This document shows, piece by piece, positions 18,402 through 27,474 of a stretch of 64,000 nt of DNA. This DNA is from Acidimicrobiales bacterium. GTDB lineage: Bacteria; Actinomycetota; Acidimicrobiia; Acidimicrobiales; AC-9. The DNA is taken from positions 637-64,636 of the forward strand of contig JBPYEI010000103.1 of NCBI GenBank assembly GCA_051985455.1, given 5' to 3'. Made by a program: the position numbers and the translations under genes. Under the pieces are notes generated by a model. It saw only the letters and a program-made list of their open reading frames with translations. It had not been told where the DNA came from and did no database searches. The first letter of the stretch is position 1; each line of letters begins with the position of its first letter.

Positions 18402-18506
18402 CGTGACCTCCCTGGAGCAAGTTACGGGGCGACGGCACCGTGCAGAGGACATTCTCCGCCTTCGCCTTCGCCGTCGCCGTCGCCGTCACGAACGCCATGC
18501 CAATGG

Positions 18507-19025
18507 TCAAGGTGCGCTCGGTCGCCAGCCATCCCGCCACAGGCGCAACTCGGCTTCGGCCGTCACCGCCCGCGAGAGGGTGTCGCGCAGCTCAGCTTCG
18601 AGCGCGGTGACACGGGCTTCGAGACGCTGTTCTCGTTCGTTGGCCGCCGTGACGATGAGCTCGGCAAAAGAGCGCTCGGCCGGGCTCATGGCGTCCGCTG
18701 CAACCGACATCGCCGGCACATCCGAGCCGCCAGCCGAGCCCGAATCGAGACGGCCTCGGCCCCTGAGGGCCCGTTCGATGACGAGCTCTTGGGGCACGAG
18801 CCGATGCGGTCCGTGTGGCCCAGGCTCGAGGCGAGACGGAATCTGTCGGGTCCGGTACCAGGACCGAAGGGTTGACCGACTGACACCTGCGGCAGCCGTC
18901 GCCTCCTGCAGGGTCGTCCAGGTCAGGTCCTCCCCGGCCGCGGTCCCTTCCAACAGCTGAGCGACCAACTCGTCCCAGGACGCACCGCTCTGGAGGCCAT
19001 CGGTGTTATCGACCATGGTTACCAT
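18507..19025 (-). CDS. Helix-turn-helix DNA-binding protein with C-terminal coiled-coil (MerR/excisionase-like HTH), function unknown
   Basis: Sequence ..LTWTTLQEATAAAGVSRSTLRSWYRTRQIP.. is an HTH, and the C-terminus ..EREQRLEARVTALEAELRDTLSRAVTAEAELRLW.. looks like a coiled coil. The track start at 19052 is a TTG inside the palindrome. ATG 19025 or 19016 is more plausible. Confidence 0.55.
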   Translation of the reverse strand: MVTMVDNTDGLQSGASWDELVAQLLEGTAAGEDLTWTTLQEATAAAGVSRSTLRSWYRTRQIPSRLEPGPHGPHRLVPQELVIERALRGRGRLDSGSAGGSDVPAMSVAADAMSPAERSFAELIVTAANEREQRLEARVTALEAELRDTLSRAVTAEAELRLWRDGWRPSAP

Positions 19026-19039
19026 GGTGCTAGCAGAGA

Positions 19040-19052
19040 TTGACACTGTCAA
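19040..19052. promoter_or_regulatory. Perfect palindrome TTGACA-c-TGTCAA in the ~50-nt divergent region between the HTH gene and the Clp_N gene (candidate operator and -35 elements)
   Basis: Read directly: ttgacactgtcaa at 19040-19052. Each half is a consensus-like TTGACA -35 hexamer on its own strand. Confidence 0.4.
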
Positions 19053-19075
19053 GGTGGCGGTGATTGGCTGGCGCC

Positions 19076-20002
19076 ATGTTCGAACGCTTCACGGACCGAG
19101 CCCGCCAGACCCTCGTGCTAGCTCAACAGGAAGCCCTCGGTCTGAGACACAACTTCATCGGAACCGAGCACATCCTGCTGGGCCTCCTGGCCGAGGGGAC
19201 CGGGGTGGCGGCCCTGGCTCTCACATCACTGGGGGTGAGTCTCGAACGTGCGCGGGAGCTCGTCGTCGACACCATCGGCCCCTCGCCGGGGATGGGCGAG
19301 GGAGGCAAGCCGCCGTTCACACCCCGAGCCAAGAAGGTGCTCGAGTTGTCGCTGCGTGAGGCTCTCGGTCTCGGGCACAACTACATCGGGACAGAGCACA
19401 TCCTCTTGGGGGTTCTCGCCGAGGGCGAGGGCGTCGGGGCACAGGTGCTCATGAAGGAAGGGCACGCTTTGGCGGATGTTCGCGCCGTCGTACTGAGCCA
19501 CCTCCAGGGCTCTGCTGATCCGACGTCGCCGCAGACCGCGTCAACCGCCGCCGTGGCCAAGCTGACCCGAGGGGCCATCCAGGTGGCACAGTCATCGTCG
19601 GAGCCCGGACGGGTATTGGCGACGCACCACTACCTGTTGGCTCTGGTCGAAGACCCCACGACCATGGCGGGCCAGGCACTGACCCGGCTCGGCGTGACGA
19701 AGGATCGTGTCGAGTCGGCAATAGACACCATCGACATCAACACGACGAGCGAGGCACCCCCTCCCAGCTCTCGGTCTTCGACAGCAGCGCCGCTCGAGTT
19801 CGACCTCGGCTCGGGCATAGTCGTGCGGATCTCCGACCGACGGCTGGCCGAGGCGATCCTCACCAAGCAACGGGACCCCGCGACGCTGGCCAACCAACTC
19901 CGCCAGCACGCATCAGGTCTGCGCGACCTCGCCAGCGAAGCCGAACCTACGAGCGGTGCCGATGCCTCGGAGACTCCGCCCTCCGAGGGCGCCAGCGGGT
20001 AG
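19076..20002 (+). CDS. Clp N-terminal (Clp_R) repeat domain protein without an AAA+ module
   Basis: MFERFTDRARQTLVLAQQEALGLRHNFIGTEHILLGLL.. and the second repeat ..FTPRAKKVLELSLREALGLGHNYIGTEHILLGVL.. match the ClpC/ClpB N-domain. A third degenerate repeat follows (..THHYLLALVEDPTTMAGQALTRLGV..). No Walker motifs are present. ATG 19076 gives the canonical MFERF start; the track's TTG 19064 is unlikely. Confidence 0.85.
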   Translation: MFERFTDRARQTLVLAQQEALGLRHNFIGTEHILLGLLAEGTGVAALALTSLGVSLERARELVVDTIGPSPGMGEGGKPPFTPRAKKVLELSLREALGLGHNYIGTEHILLGVLAEGEGVGAQVLMKEGHALADVRAVVLSHLQGSADPTSPQTASTAAVAKLTRGAIQVAQSSSEPGRVLATHHYLLALVEDPTTMAGQALTRLGVTKDRVESAIDTIDINTTSEAPPPSSRSSTAAPLEFDLGSGIVVRISDRRLAEAILTKQRDPATLANQLRQHASGLRDLASEAEPTSGADASETPPSEGASG

Positions 20003-20030
20003 AACTGTCCACCTCTACCCTTGTTGCCGA

Positions 20031-20960
20031 TCAACTACCCGTCTCCCACGGGCTCACGTCGAGACCGGGGTACCGCTGCTGGATGGCGGCAATGGTCTCG
20101 GTCGTCCAGAACGGGTGGCCGGCTGGCGGCCAACCGAACAGCGCGAGTTGCCGAGGTGAGGCGCGCTCGACGAAGCCCGACCACGCCGTCCTGTTCACGT
20201 GACGGAGCCAGGAGTGTCGGTTCTGCCATTCGGTGCCGACTGGCCGGAAGTTGATATGAAGTGTGTAGCGAGCGCCACGCGGCGCCGTCAGCTGGGTGCC
20301 CCGGTGGAAGGTCCGGTTCGTGTAGGCGGCAACGGTTCCGGACGGCCCTACGGCTCGCAGCTCGTGTTCGTAGAGGTCGGGTCGGCCGACAGGAGACACC
20401 CACGTCGGCTTGTCGGGGTCGCGGTGCCCGTCCTCGCGCGGAAACCAGTTCGGGATCATCGGCAGGTCGGTGGTGTGGCGAAGGGCTACGAACGCGGGTG
20501 GGCCGAGCTCGACGGGAACATCGACGAGGTACAGGAACATCTCGACCTGCCCGAACTGAAGGTCGGAGCTGGGCACAAGGAGTGAAGCGCCGAGGTAGTC
20601 GCGATGAAGGTGCTGGTCGTAGTCGGCGGCACCCGTGTACTTCGCCCAGGCTTCAATCGAATACACGCGCAGATCGTTTGTCCCGAGCAGTTGCTCGACC
20701 AGGTCGATCAGCAGCGGATGAACCGCCAAGAGGCTGAGAGCGGTGCTGTCGAACGGGAAATCATCGATCCCCCCAAACTCGTCGTCGAAGCGACGGTTGC
20801 GTTCGGGATCGACCTGATCATGATACTCGTCGGCATTGGGATACAGCCACGAGAGCTGAGCCACTGCCGGTGATATATCAGCGGTCGGGATGTAGCCGGG
20901 GAGGATCACAAAGCCTTGCTCGCGCCAGGCGCGGACGGCCGCTCGGGTCTCAAATCGCAT
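20031..20960 (-). CDS. Phytanoyl-CoA dioxygenase (PhyH) family Fe(II)/2-oxoglutarate oxygenase-like protein
   Basis: 309 aa. Sequence ..HLHRDY.. (H-x-D) and ..NRTFHRGT.. (distal His), together with the overall pattern, resemble the PhyH family. Assignment is by eye. Confidence 0.6.
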   Translation of the reverse strand: MRFETRAAVRAWREQGFVILPGYIPTADISPAVAQLSWLYPNADEYHDQVDPERNRRFDDEFGGIDDFPFDSTALSLLAVHPLLIDLVEQLLGTNDLRVYSIEAWAKYTGAADYDQHLHRDYLGASLLVPSSDLQFGQVEMFLYLVDVPVELGPPAFVALRHTTDLPMIPNWFPREDGHRDPDKPTWVSPVGRPDLYEHELRAVGPSGTVAAYTNRTFHRGTQLTAPRGARYTLHINFRPVGTEWQNRHSWLRHVNRTAWSGFVERASPRQLALFGWPPAGHPFWTTETIAAIQQRYPGLDVSPWETGS

Positions 20961-21302
20961 GTCTGTGGCGTCCTTCGGTGTGTCGGCGCTTGGGCGCCAG
21001 CATCGGGTCCGGCCACCACGGCCGGTCCAGTCCCGAGGACCACGGAGCAGCTACCAGCGGCGCAACGCGCGGCCGGCGCCTAACCCATGAGGCTCACCCG
21101 CGAGTCGAGGGTCCCCGGCAGCCTCCGCACTATCCGGCCCATCTTCGACCTCCTCGCTCGTTGCCCACAGTACCTGCAGCGTATGAGAGCAGAGGTGGCC
21201 GTGCTCACGACTTACTCGGGCCTTCCCTAGCGAGGCGTCGTGCGTTGGCGCGGCGGCCCAGGGTCACGGGCGTACGATTCTCCCGAATGCCAGACTCAGC
21301 CG

Positions 21303-21884
21303 GTGCGCTTTGTAGACCCGCCCCGTTCGGCGTGCTGGCAGCATGAGGGGCTTCGTGTCGGATTCGAGGTCAGCTACTTCACGACCGGGTCCGGTGGAGT
21401 CGAAGCTGAGGGGACTACTACCGGCCTTCAAGAGGGCGACACCTGGATCGTGTCCTACAGCCTCGTTCTGGACCAATCTTGGTCCACTCGAATGGCCAGG
21501 GTGACGTCACGAAGTGCTTCTGGACCTGCCGAACGCCTGCTCGAGTCTGATGGCGTCGGACACTGGTCCGTTGACGGGAACGCGATGGACCTGCTTGACG
21601 GCTGCTTGGACGTGGACCTCGAGGCGTCGGCGATGACGAACACGTTTCCGGTGCACCGTCTGGAACTCCCGGTCGGGGAGCGTGCGGGCGTCCCTGCCGC
21701 ATACGTTCGTGCACCGTCCTTGGCAGTCGAACGGCTCGAACAGACCTACACCCGAGTCGACGATGAAGATGGCGTCGAGCAGTACGATTACGAAGCTCCC
21801 GCTTTCGACTTTGGATGCCGTCTCGCCTACGACCACAGTGGTCTCGTGCTTCAGTACCCAGGCATCGCGAGGCGCTCCGGGTAA
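21303..21884 (+). CDS. Putative glycolipid-binding domain protein (PF06475-like)
   Basis: Sequence ..SACWQHEGLRVGFEVSYF....DLEASAMTNTFPVHRL....YTRV....YDYEAPAFDFGCRLAYDHSGLVLQYPGIA resembles that family. The start is uncertain: the track start 21240 is R-rich, and GTG 21303 is in frame. Confidence 0.55.
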   Translation: MRFVDPPRSACWQHEGLRVGFEVSYFTTGSGGVEAEGTTTGLQEGDTWIVSYSLVLDQSWSTRMARVTSRSASGPAERLLESDGVGHWSVDGNAMDLLDGCLDVDLEASAMTNTFPVHRLELPVGERAGVPAAYVRAPSLAVERLEQTYTRVDDEDGVEQYDYEAPAFDFGCRLAYDHSGLVLQYPGIARRSG

Positions 21885-21945
21885 TTGACCACGAGCCGGC
21901 GGCGGGTCGGCCCCCGTTGGCGCTGAGGCGGAAGGAGACGCCCCG

Positions 21946-22155
21946 TCAGGCAGTCTTCCGGGGCGAGCCGGGAGGCCGACCCCGCTTGGGCATCTCGCCG
22001 GCGTTCGATGGAAGCCGGCCCGCCCGGCGGAGGCCCTCGCGGAGGAGCAGCTCGATCTGCGCCGTGGTGCTGCGCACCTCGTCTCCTGCCCATCGAGCCA
22101 GGGCGTCGTAGACCCGGGGGTCCATGCGAAGCAGAACGGTCTTGCGCTCGGCCAC
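21946..22155 (-). CDS. Ribbon-helix-helix (Arc/MetJ/CopG-like) DNA-binding protein
   Basis: 69 aa. MAERKTVLLRMDPRVYDALARWAGDEVRSTTAQIELLLREGL.. shows the beta-alpha-alpha RHH pattern. A basic disordered tail follows. It lies 11 nt downstream of the SPFH gene on the same strand. Confidence 0.6.
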   Translation of the reverse strand: MAERKTVLLRMDPRVYDALARWAGDEVRSTTAQIELLLREGLRRAGRLPSNAGEMPKRGRPPGSPRKTA

Positions 22156-22166
22156 GGTCTCCGGCC

Positions 22167-23096
22167 TCAGAGGTACAGCGACCCGGTGTTGACGATGGGC
22201 TGAGTGGCGTGGTCGCTGCAGAGAACGACCAGCAGGTTGCTCACCATCGTGGCCTTGCGCTCCTCGTCCAACTCCACGACGTGCTCTTGCTCGAGCCGGT
22301 TGAGGGCCAGCTCCACCATGCCGACCGCCCCGTCCACGATCTGGGTGCGGGCGGCGACCACGGCCGCTGCCTGCTGACGGCGCAGCATGGCATGGGCGAT
22401 CTCGGTCGCGTAGGCCACCCGGACGAGCTGGCAGTCGAGCACCGCGACCCCAGCGACGTCGACCCGGCGAGCGACGTCCCGGCGCAACTCTACCGAGACG
22501 TCGCGGGCGCCAGCGCTGAGGGATGGCCTCCCCTCGCTCGTCGGTTGGTAGCAGTGCTGGGCGGCAATATCGCGCAATGCCATCTCTGACTGGCTCCGCA
22601 CGAATCCGACGTGGTCGTCGACGAGGAAGAGGGCCTTGGCGGTGTCGGTCACTCGCCAGTTGACGACCATTGCGAGCTCGATCGGGATACCCTCGCTGTC
22701 GTTGACCTTCAACACCGGCGTCTCGTCAGCCCGGGCCTTGGTCGAAACCCGCAAGCGGTGGGCCCAAGGATTGATCCACCACAACCCCGGTCGCCGCAGG
22801 GAACCCATGTATCGGCCGAGAAACTGCACGACCACGGCCTCACCAGGCGCCACCCTGACCAGCCCACGCAGGCCGTTGGCAGCGGCGGCCACCAGCAGGG
22901 CGCTACCGACCCACAGCCCGGCGCGAAGCCCGCCGGTGTCCCCGTGGACCTGGGTGCGAACAGCGAAACCGAGGAGAACAGCGGCGGCGACCAGCGCGGC
23001 GAGACCCAGCTGCAGTGCGCGCCGACCCGCCACGGCGAGAAGAGTCGTCTCCTCGACGTCGTCGGGCGTGGGTGGTCCGGGGTTGCTCTGACTCAC
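22167..23096 (-). CDS. SPFH/Band 7 (stomatin-prohibitin-flotillin) domain membrane protein
   Basis: 309 aa with N-terminal TM segments, followed by ..[27 protein letters not shown]... ..[21 protein letters not shown].., which is typical of SPFH. The GTG start sits behind AAGGA. Confidence 0.8.
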   Translation of the reverse strand: MSQSNPGPPTPDDVEETTLLAVAGRRALQLGLAALVAAAVLLGFAVRTQVHGDTGGLRAGLWVGSALLVAAAANGLRGLVRVAPGEAVVVQFLGRYMGSLRRPGLWWINPWAHRLRVSTKARADETPVLKVNDSEGIPIELAMVVNWRVTDTAKALFLVDDHVGFVRSQSEMALRDIAAQHCYQPTSEGRPSLSAGARDVSVELRRDVARRVDVAGVAVLDCQLVRVAYATEIAHAMLRRQQAAAVVAARTQIVDGAVGMVELALNRLEQEHVVELDEERKATMVSNLLVVLCSDHATQPIVNTGSLYL

Positions 23097-23130
23097 GTCG
23101 TGTCCTTTGTGTTTGACCGCTGCGGCCTAT

Positions 23131-23142
23131 AGTGATATCACT
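23131..23142. promoter_or_regulatory. Perfect 12-bp palindrome AGTGATATCACT overlapping a TATAGT -10-like hexamer in the AT-rich SPFH / ABC divergent region
   Basis: Read directly: ctatAGTGATATCACTttc. TATAGT lies at 23128-23133 and TTGACC at 23113-23118. The surrounding ~100 nt is clearly less GC-rich than the flanks. Confidence 0.4.
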
Positions 23143-23204
23143 TTCCTGGAATGAATGCATGATTTGCGTCTACGCCGTACCACAAGAAACGCCGGGGAGC
23201 GTCT

Positions 23205-24218
23205 GTGATGCCGGAGCCTCCGACAACCCGAACACGACCGCAACGCTTGCTTGACGGGCCAGCACCCGCTGATCGGGGCGTTCCGGCCCTCGTCGTGGAG
23301 CATCTGACCAAGCGCTTCGGTGACAGGCTCGCCTTCGATGACGTCTCCTTCGAGGTCGGCTACGGGGAGGTGTTCGGCTTCCTCGGCCCGAACGGCGCCG
23401 GCAAGACGACGACCGTGCGGACGCTCGGCACGCTCATCGCGCCGAGCTCAGGGTCGGCCACCGTCGCAGGACTACGCCTGGCGACCGAGAACGGGGTGGA
23501 GATCCGTCGGCGGATCTCGATCATGCCCGAGACGCCAGGCCTGTACCTCCGCCTGAGCGTGGCGGAGAACCTCCAGTGCTTCGCCGACCTGTACGAGGTT
23601 CCCGACGCCAACGCCCGCATCGAGCAGGCCCTGAAGGCGGTCAAGCTGGCCGAGCGCGCCGCCGACGCCTGCGGCGCGCTGTCGAAGGGACTCCGCCAGC
23701 GAGTGGCCCTGGCCAGGGCACTGCTTAACGAGCCACAGGTGCTGTTCCTCGACGAACCGACCTCTGGGCTCGACCCGGCCGGCGCCCGGGACGTGCACGA
23801 GCTCATCGACGGGCTGCGCCAGCGTGGCGTCACGATCTTCCTCACCACGCATCGCCTCGAAGAGGCAGAGCGCCTGTGCGACCGGGTCGCCATCTTGAAC
23901 ACCACGCTCCGCATGATCGGCCATCCCGACGAGCTTCGGGACCAGATGTTCGCCAAGGGACTCACGGTCAGGACCCTTGCTCCACTCGCCGAACCAGACC
24001 GGGTCTTCGTCGGCCTTCCCGGCTTCGACAGCTGGCGGCCTGACGGCCCTACTACCTATGTCCTGGCCGTGTCCGACCCGGCCAAGGCAGCGCCTGTGGT
24101 CACCCGGGCATTGGTGGCTGCCGGCGCCGACGTGCTGTCCATCGGGGAGTCGCGGCACTCGCTGGAGGACGTCTACCTCGAGCTGATCGACCATGACGAA
24201 GGAGGTGTCGTCGCGTGA
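23205..24218 (+). CDS. ABC transporter ATP-binding protein (ABC-2/daunorubicin-type)
   Basis: Walker A is GPNGAGKTT, the signature is LSKGLRQRVALA and Walker B is LFLDEPTSGLD. A C-terminal accessory domain is present. The stop overlaps the permease start (GTGA). Confidence 0.9.
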   Translation: MMPEPPTTRTRPQRLLDGPAPADRGVPALVVEHLTKRFGDRLAFDDVSFEVGYGEVFGFLGPNGAGKTTTVRTLGTLIAPSSGSATVAGLRLATENGVEIRRRISIMPETPGLYLRLSVAENLQCFADLYEVPDANARIEQALKAVKLAERAADACGALSKGLRQRVALARALLNEPQVLFLDEPTSGLDPAGARDVHELIDGLRQRGVTIFLTTHRLEEAERLCDRVAILNTTLRMIGHPDELRDQMFAKGLTVRTLAPLAEPDRVFVGLPGFDSWRPDGPTTYVLAVSDPAKAAPVVTRALVAAGADVLSIGESRHSLEDVYLELIDHDEGGVVA

Positions 24219-24934
24219 GCCTAAGGCGCGTTCGTGCCATCTTTGCCAAGGAGCTTCGCGAGTACCGGCGGAACCGCAACGTCTTCATCTACGCCACGGC
24301 AATCCTCCCGCTGATCTTCATCATCCAACCGGTCATCCAGGTCTTCACCCTTTCCTCCAAGGCGTCGGCACTGCTGCACCACGAACACACCCTCATCTAC
24401 ATGCTGGCTATCCCGGTGCTCGTACCAGCGACGCTCGCCGCCTACTCCGTGGTGGGCGAGCGTATCCAGGGCACGCTGGAGCCCTTGCTGTCCACGCCGG
24501 TGCGGCGCGAGGAGCTGCTGCTGGGCAAGGCGTTGGCGGCATTTGTGCCGTCGGTGGTCGTGGCCTATGCCGTCTTCGGCCTGTACGTCGCCATCGTCGA
24601 GCTCTTCGCCAGTCCGGGCGTGGCCTCAGCGTTGGTTCGCGGCCCAGACGTGCTCGCCCAGCTCGTGTTCACCCCGCTGCTCGCCGCCTGGTCCATCTGG
24701 GTCGGCATCGCCCTTTCTGCCCGGTCGAGCGACCCCCGCACTGCGCAACAGCTGTCCATATTCGCCAGCCTTCCGACGGTCGCTGTCACCTCGCTGATCG
24801 CCTTCAACGTGATCCCCGCCAACATCCGTGTGGCAGCTGGATTCGGGATAGGGCTGTTGGTGCTCCTCCGCGTGGGTGCGCGGTTCGTACCGGCGGTCTT
24901 CGACCGCGAACGACTGATCACCAGTACCAAGTGA
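24215..24934 (+). CDS. ABC-2 type transporter permease
   Basis: 239 aa. The N-terminus ..IFAKELREYRRNRNVF.. is typical of ABC-2 permeases, about 6 TM segments are present, and the gene is translationally coupled to the ATPase. Confidence 0.8.
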   Translation: MSLRRVRAIFAKELREYRRNRNVFIYATAILPLIFIIQPVIQVFTLSSKASALLHHEHTLIYMLAIPVLVPATLAAYSVVGERIQGTLEPLLSTPVRREELLLGKALAAFVPSVVVAYAVFGLYVAIVELFASPGVASALVRGPDVLAQLVFTPLLAAWSIWVGIALSARSSDPRTAQQLSIFASLPTVAVTSLIAFNVIPANIRVAAGFGIGLLVLLRVGARFVPAVFDRERLITSTK

Positions 24935-24969
24935 CGGGAGGACCAAGCGCAACAGTTGGGGGCGGGCAC

Positions 24970-26220
24970 TCAGTGCACCCCGGCGGCGGCGAGCGTGGCG
25001 AGAGCGCATGCCATGGACAGGGGGACGGCGACGGCCCCAAGACGACTTGCCCTCACTATTGATGGCTCTGCGCCAGCGGTCTTCGCCGCCCGGAGCCAAA
25101 GGATCCACGCGAGGGATCCGGTCACGAACAGGTTCGGGCCTAGGTTCAAGCCGACCAGCAAAGAGAACGGGTGATGCGGCACCCGGGCGGCGAGCAGGGA
25201 CGCGGCCGGCAGGTTGTTGACCAGGACCGACACGACAGCGGCCAGAGCGGCGGTTCCCCAGGAGTCGAGGTGGGCGAGCACGTCGGCTGGACCCGACCAT
25301 GCTCGGCCCAGAGTGCCGAGGGCGACAGCCACACCGAGGAGGCCGATGAGCACCGGCAGGCCGAGCACCTCGATCACTCTGGCGGGCTGTTCTTGGCCCG
25401 GCGCCAACCGGACGCCCACGGCGACGAGGCCCACGACGAGGACGGGCAGCGCCGGGGAGCGCAGCGCCAGCACCAGGCAGAGGGCCGCGACCACCGCCGC
25501 CAATCCCACGCCGAAGGACGGGCGACCGGCCTCGGCCGCCGGACCAACCCGTGTGGAGAGGGACCGACGCTCGGCGATGGCGACCACCAGAGCAGTGAGC
25601 ACCACTGTTGCGGCCCACGCAGGAGCCATCTTCGTGAGAAACCGTCCGCCTGACAGGTGGAGATGGCCGAGCACGATCAGGTTGGTCAGGTTCGATCCCG
25701 GGAGAAGCAGCGAGGCGGCGTTGGAGAGCAGCAGGCAGCCATAGAGGAGTGGGGCCTCGCCCTCCCCCCGCCGACGGGCCGTGTAGACGAGCACCGGGGT
25801 GAGGAAGGCAACCGAGGTGTCCAGGTTCAACGTCGCCGTCACCACCGCCACCAGGACCACCGCTCCGGCGAACAGCACCATCCCGTTCCCGGGGACGCGG
25901 GCCAGCCGATGGCCGGCGGCGGAGAACAGCCCGTCCTCTGCGGCGACGAAGCCGATGAGGAGCAGTCCGGCGACCAGCACGAACGGTGGCCAGTCCTGGG
26001 AGGCCGCGGAGTGAGCGGCGCCGGGGTCCAAGACAGCCGCCAGAACGGCCGCCATCCCACCGACGACGAGGAAGAGCCACCTACCGAGCCAGCGCGGCCA
26101 GGCACTGCTGGGCGCAGAGGACAGGAACGCAGCCTGCCATAGAGGACCGGGGCCGACCAAAACGGACCACTGTCGGCTGAGCCACGAAGAGGAGCGTGAC
26201 CTGCTTCCCGGGGGGCCCAT
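24970..26220 (-). CDS. ArsB/NhaD (citrate-transporter-like) superfamily permease
   Basis: Polytopic membrane protein. Sequence ..LNLDTSVAFLTPVLV.. and ..LLSNAASLLLPGSNLTNLIVLG.. resemble the ArsB/NhaD family. The track start 26364 adds 48 non-membrane residues and leaves only 17 nt to the divergent gene, so I used ATG 26220. The start remains uncertain. Confidence 0.7.
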   Translation of the reverse strand: MGPPGSRSRSSSWLSRQWSVLVGPGPLWQAAFLSSAPSSAWPRWLGRWLFLVVGGMAAVLAAVLDPGAAHSAASQDWPPFVLVAGLLLIGFVAAEDGLFSAAGHRLARVPGNGMVLFAGAVVLVAVVTATLNLDTSVAFLTPVLVYTARRRGEGEAPLLYGCLLLSNAASLLLPGSNLTNLIVLGHLHLSGGRFLTKMAPAWAATVVLTALVVAIAERRSLSTRVGPAAEAGRPSFGVGLAAVVAALCLVLALRSPALPVLVVGLVAVGVRLAPGQEQPARVIEVLGLPVLIGLLGVAVALGTLGRAWSGPADVLAHLDSWGTAALAAVVSVLVNNLPAASLLAARVPHHPFSLLVGLNLGPNLFVTGSLAWILWLRAAKTAGAEPSIVRASRLGAVAVPLSMACALATLAAAGVH

Positions 26221-26381
26221 TTCGACGCAAGGTGGAACCGGAGCTATGTCTGCGCTCTCGCGGCGCCGCTCGAGTGGTCGCCCGCAGTCCGGCCAGCGAC
26301 GAAGGAGGCTCTCGGTCCGTCCCGTTGACGGGTGAGCGAACGTCGATGTACCGTCCGGCGCCAATTTGCTGGGGTGAAGGA

Positions 26382-27359
26382 ATGATCAGACGTTCTGGCC
26401 GACTGCATGTCCTGTTCTTGGTCCTCGTGGGCGGCCTTGTTGGGTTGGGGTGCACGACGAGCTCTTCAGCACCGGTGGCCGCCCGCGGGCAGCCCGGGGC
26501 GCTGGTCGCGCGGCCCCCGCCGACAGCCACCGGGCTCTCCGACGTCGAGTTGGCGAAGCGCTTCGGTGCCGCGGTGTGGCGGGTCGAGACGCAGGGCTGT
26601 GGGTTCTGGCGATCCGGAAGCGCGTTCGCCATCGACGCTCACCATCTCGTGACGAACAACCACGTGATATCCAACGACTCCGCGCCCCTCGTCCGCTCTC
26701 CGACCGGCGAGGCACTACGGGGACGGGTGATTGGCAGCTCGAAGGCGCCCGATATCGCAGTCATCGAAGTCAAGGAGAGGCTGCCCGTGGTGCTCGGATG
26801 GGCTCCCACCGCCAGTCTGGTCAAGGGCGAGCACGTTGTCTTGTTCGGCTATCCGCTCCCAACCCCGCAGTTCACCGTATCTCCCGGCTCGATCGTCAAC
26901 TTCCAGCCACCCGGGGCCCGGGAAGCCATCCTGGCCAACACAGCCATCGAGCATGGCAACAGTGGCGGTCCAGCGCTGCTCTCCGACGGCGCCGCGGCAG
27001 GGGTAGCCACGCAGATGACACTGCCGAGCGACCCGACGAAACGCGTGGCCATCATCTTCACGACCGACACCATCAGAGGTGCCGTTCAGCAGTTCCTGCA
27101 GCATCCGGCCACCGTGCTGTCCGACTGTGGGATCGGACCGGACTACGTGCCGCCGTTGCCACCCAGCTACAACGTCCCCGCCGTCCCACCCTCACAACCC
27201 GCACTTGCACCCGTTTCAGCCCCGTCGGTCCCGCAAGCAACCCTGCGCCACCGCCCGCTCCGAGCTGCGATGTCCAGCCCGCGGCACCCCCCTCGTCGGC
27301 GCCGCCGTCGACCACCAGCTCGAGCACCTCAACGACCTCGACCACGACCGCTCCATTGA
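26382..27359 (+). CDS. Secreted/lipoprotein trypsin-like (S1) serine protease with Pro/Ser/Thr-rich tail (possible frameshift in the tail)
   Basis: The ATG at 26382 follows GGGGTGAAGGA. The signal/lipobox-like N-terminus is MIRRSGRLHVLFLVLVGGLVGLGCTTS. Catalytic contexts are ..HHLVTNNHVI.., ..DIAVIE.. and ..GNSGGPAL... After about 27235 this frame becomes R-rich with rare codons. Another frame (that of ORF 26450..27412) reads a credible PST-rich tail ending at 27412. Confidence 0.75.
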   Translation: MIRRSGRLHVLFLVLVGGLVGLGCTTSSSAPVAARGQPGALVARPPPTATGLSDVELAKRFGAAVWRVETQGCGFWRSGSAFAIDAHHLVTNNHVISNDSAPLVRSPTGEALRGRVIGSSKAPDIAVIEVKERLPVVLGWAPTASLVKGEHVVLFGYPLPTPQFTVSPGSIVNFQPPGAREAILANTAIEHGNSGGPALLSDGAAAGVATQMTLPSDPTKRVAIIFTTDTIRGAVQQFLQHPATVLSDCGIGPDYVPPLPPSYNVPAVPPSQPALAPVSAPSVPQATLRHRPLRAAMSSPRHPPRRRRRRPPARAPQRPRPRPLH

Positions 27360-27474
27360 CCAAGACGACATCGACCAGCACCACATCGACGACGAGTCAA
27401 GCGACGCCCTGAACAGCCGCGGCGCATGGGCACCCGCCTCCCTCGGCGCCGGCAGGAGCGCTACTGCGCGTCGA

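Noticed and set aside
21080-21142. 20-codon minus-strand mini-ORF (MGRIVRRLPGTLDSRVSLMG) with a strong GAGGAGG SD, about 120 nt upstream of the PhyH-like gene
   Set aside because: It is too short to evaluate from sequence alone and shows no attenuator-like structure. It could be a leader peptide, but the evidence is a single SD-ATG coincidence.
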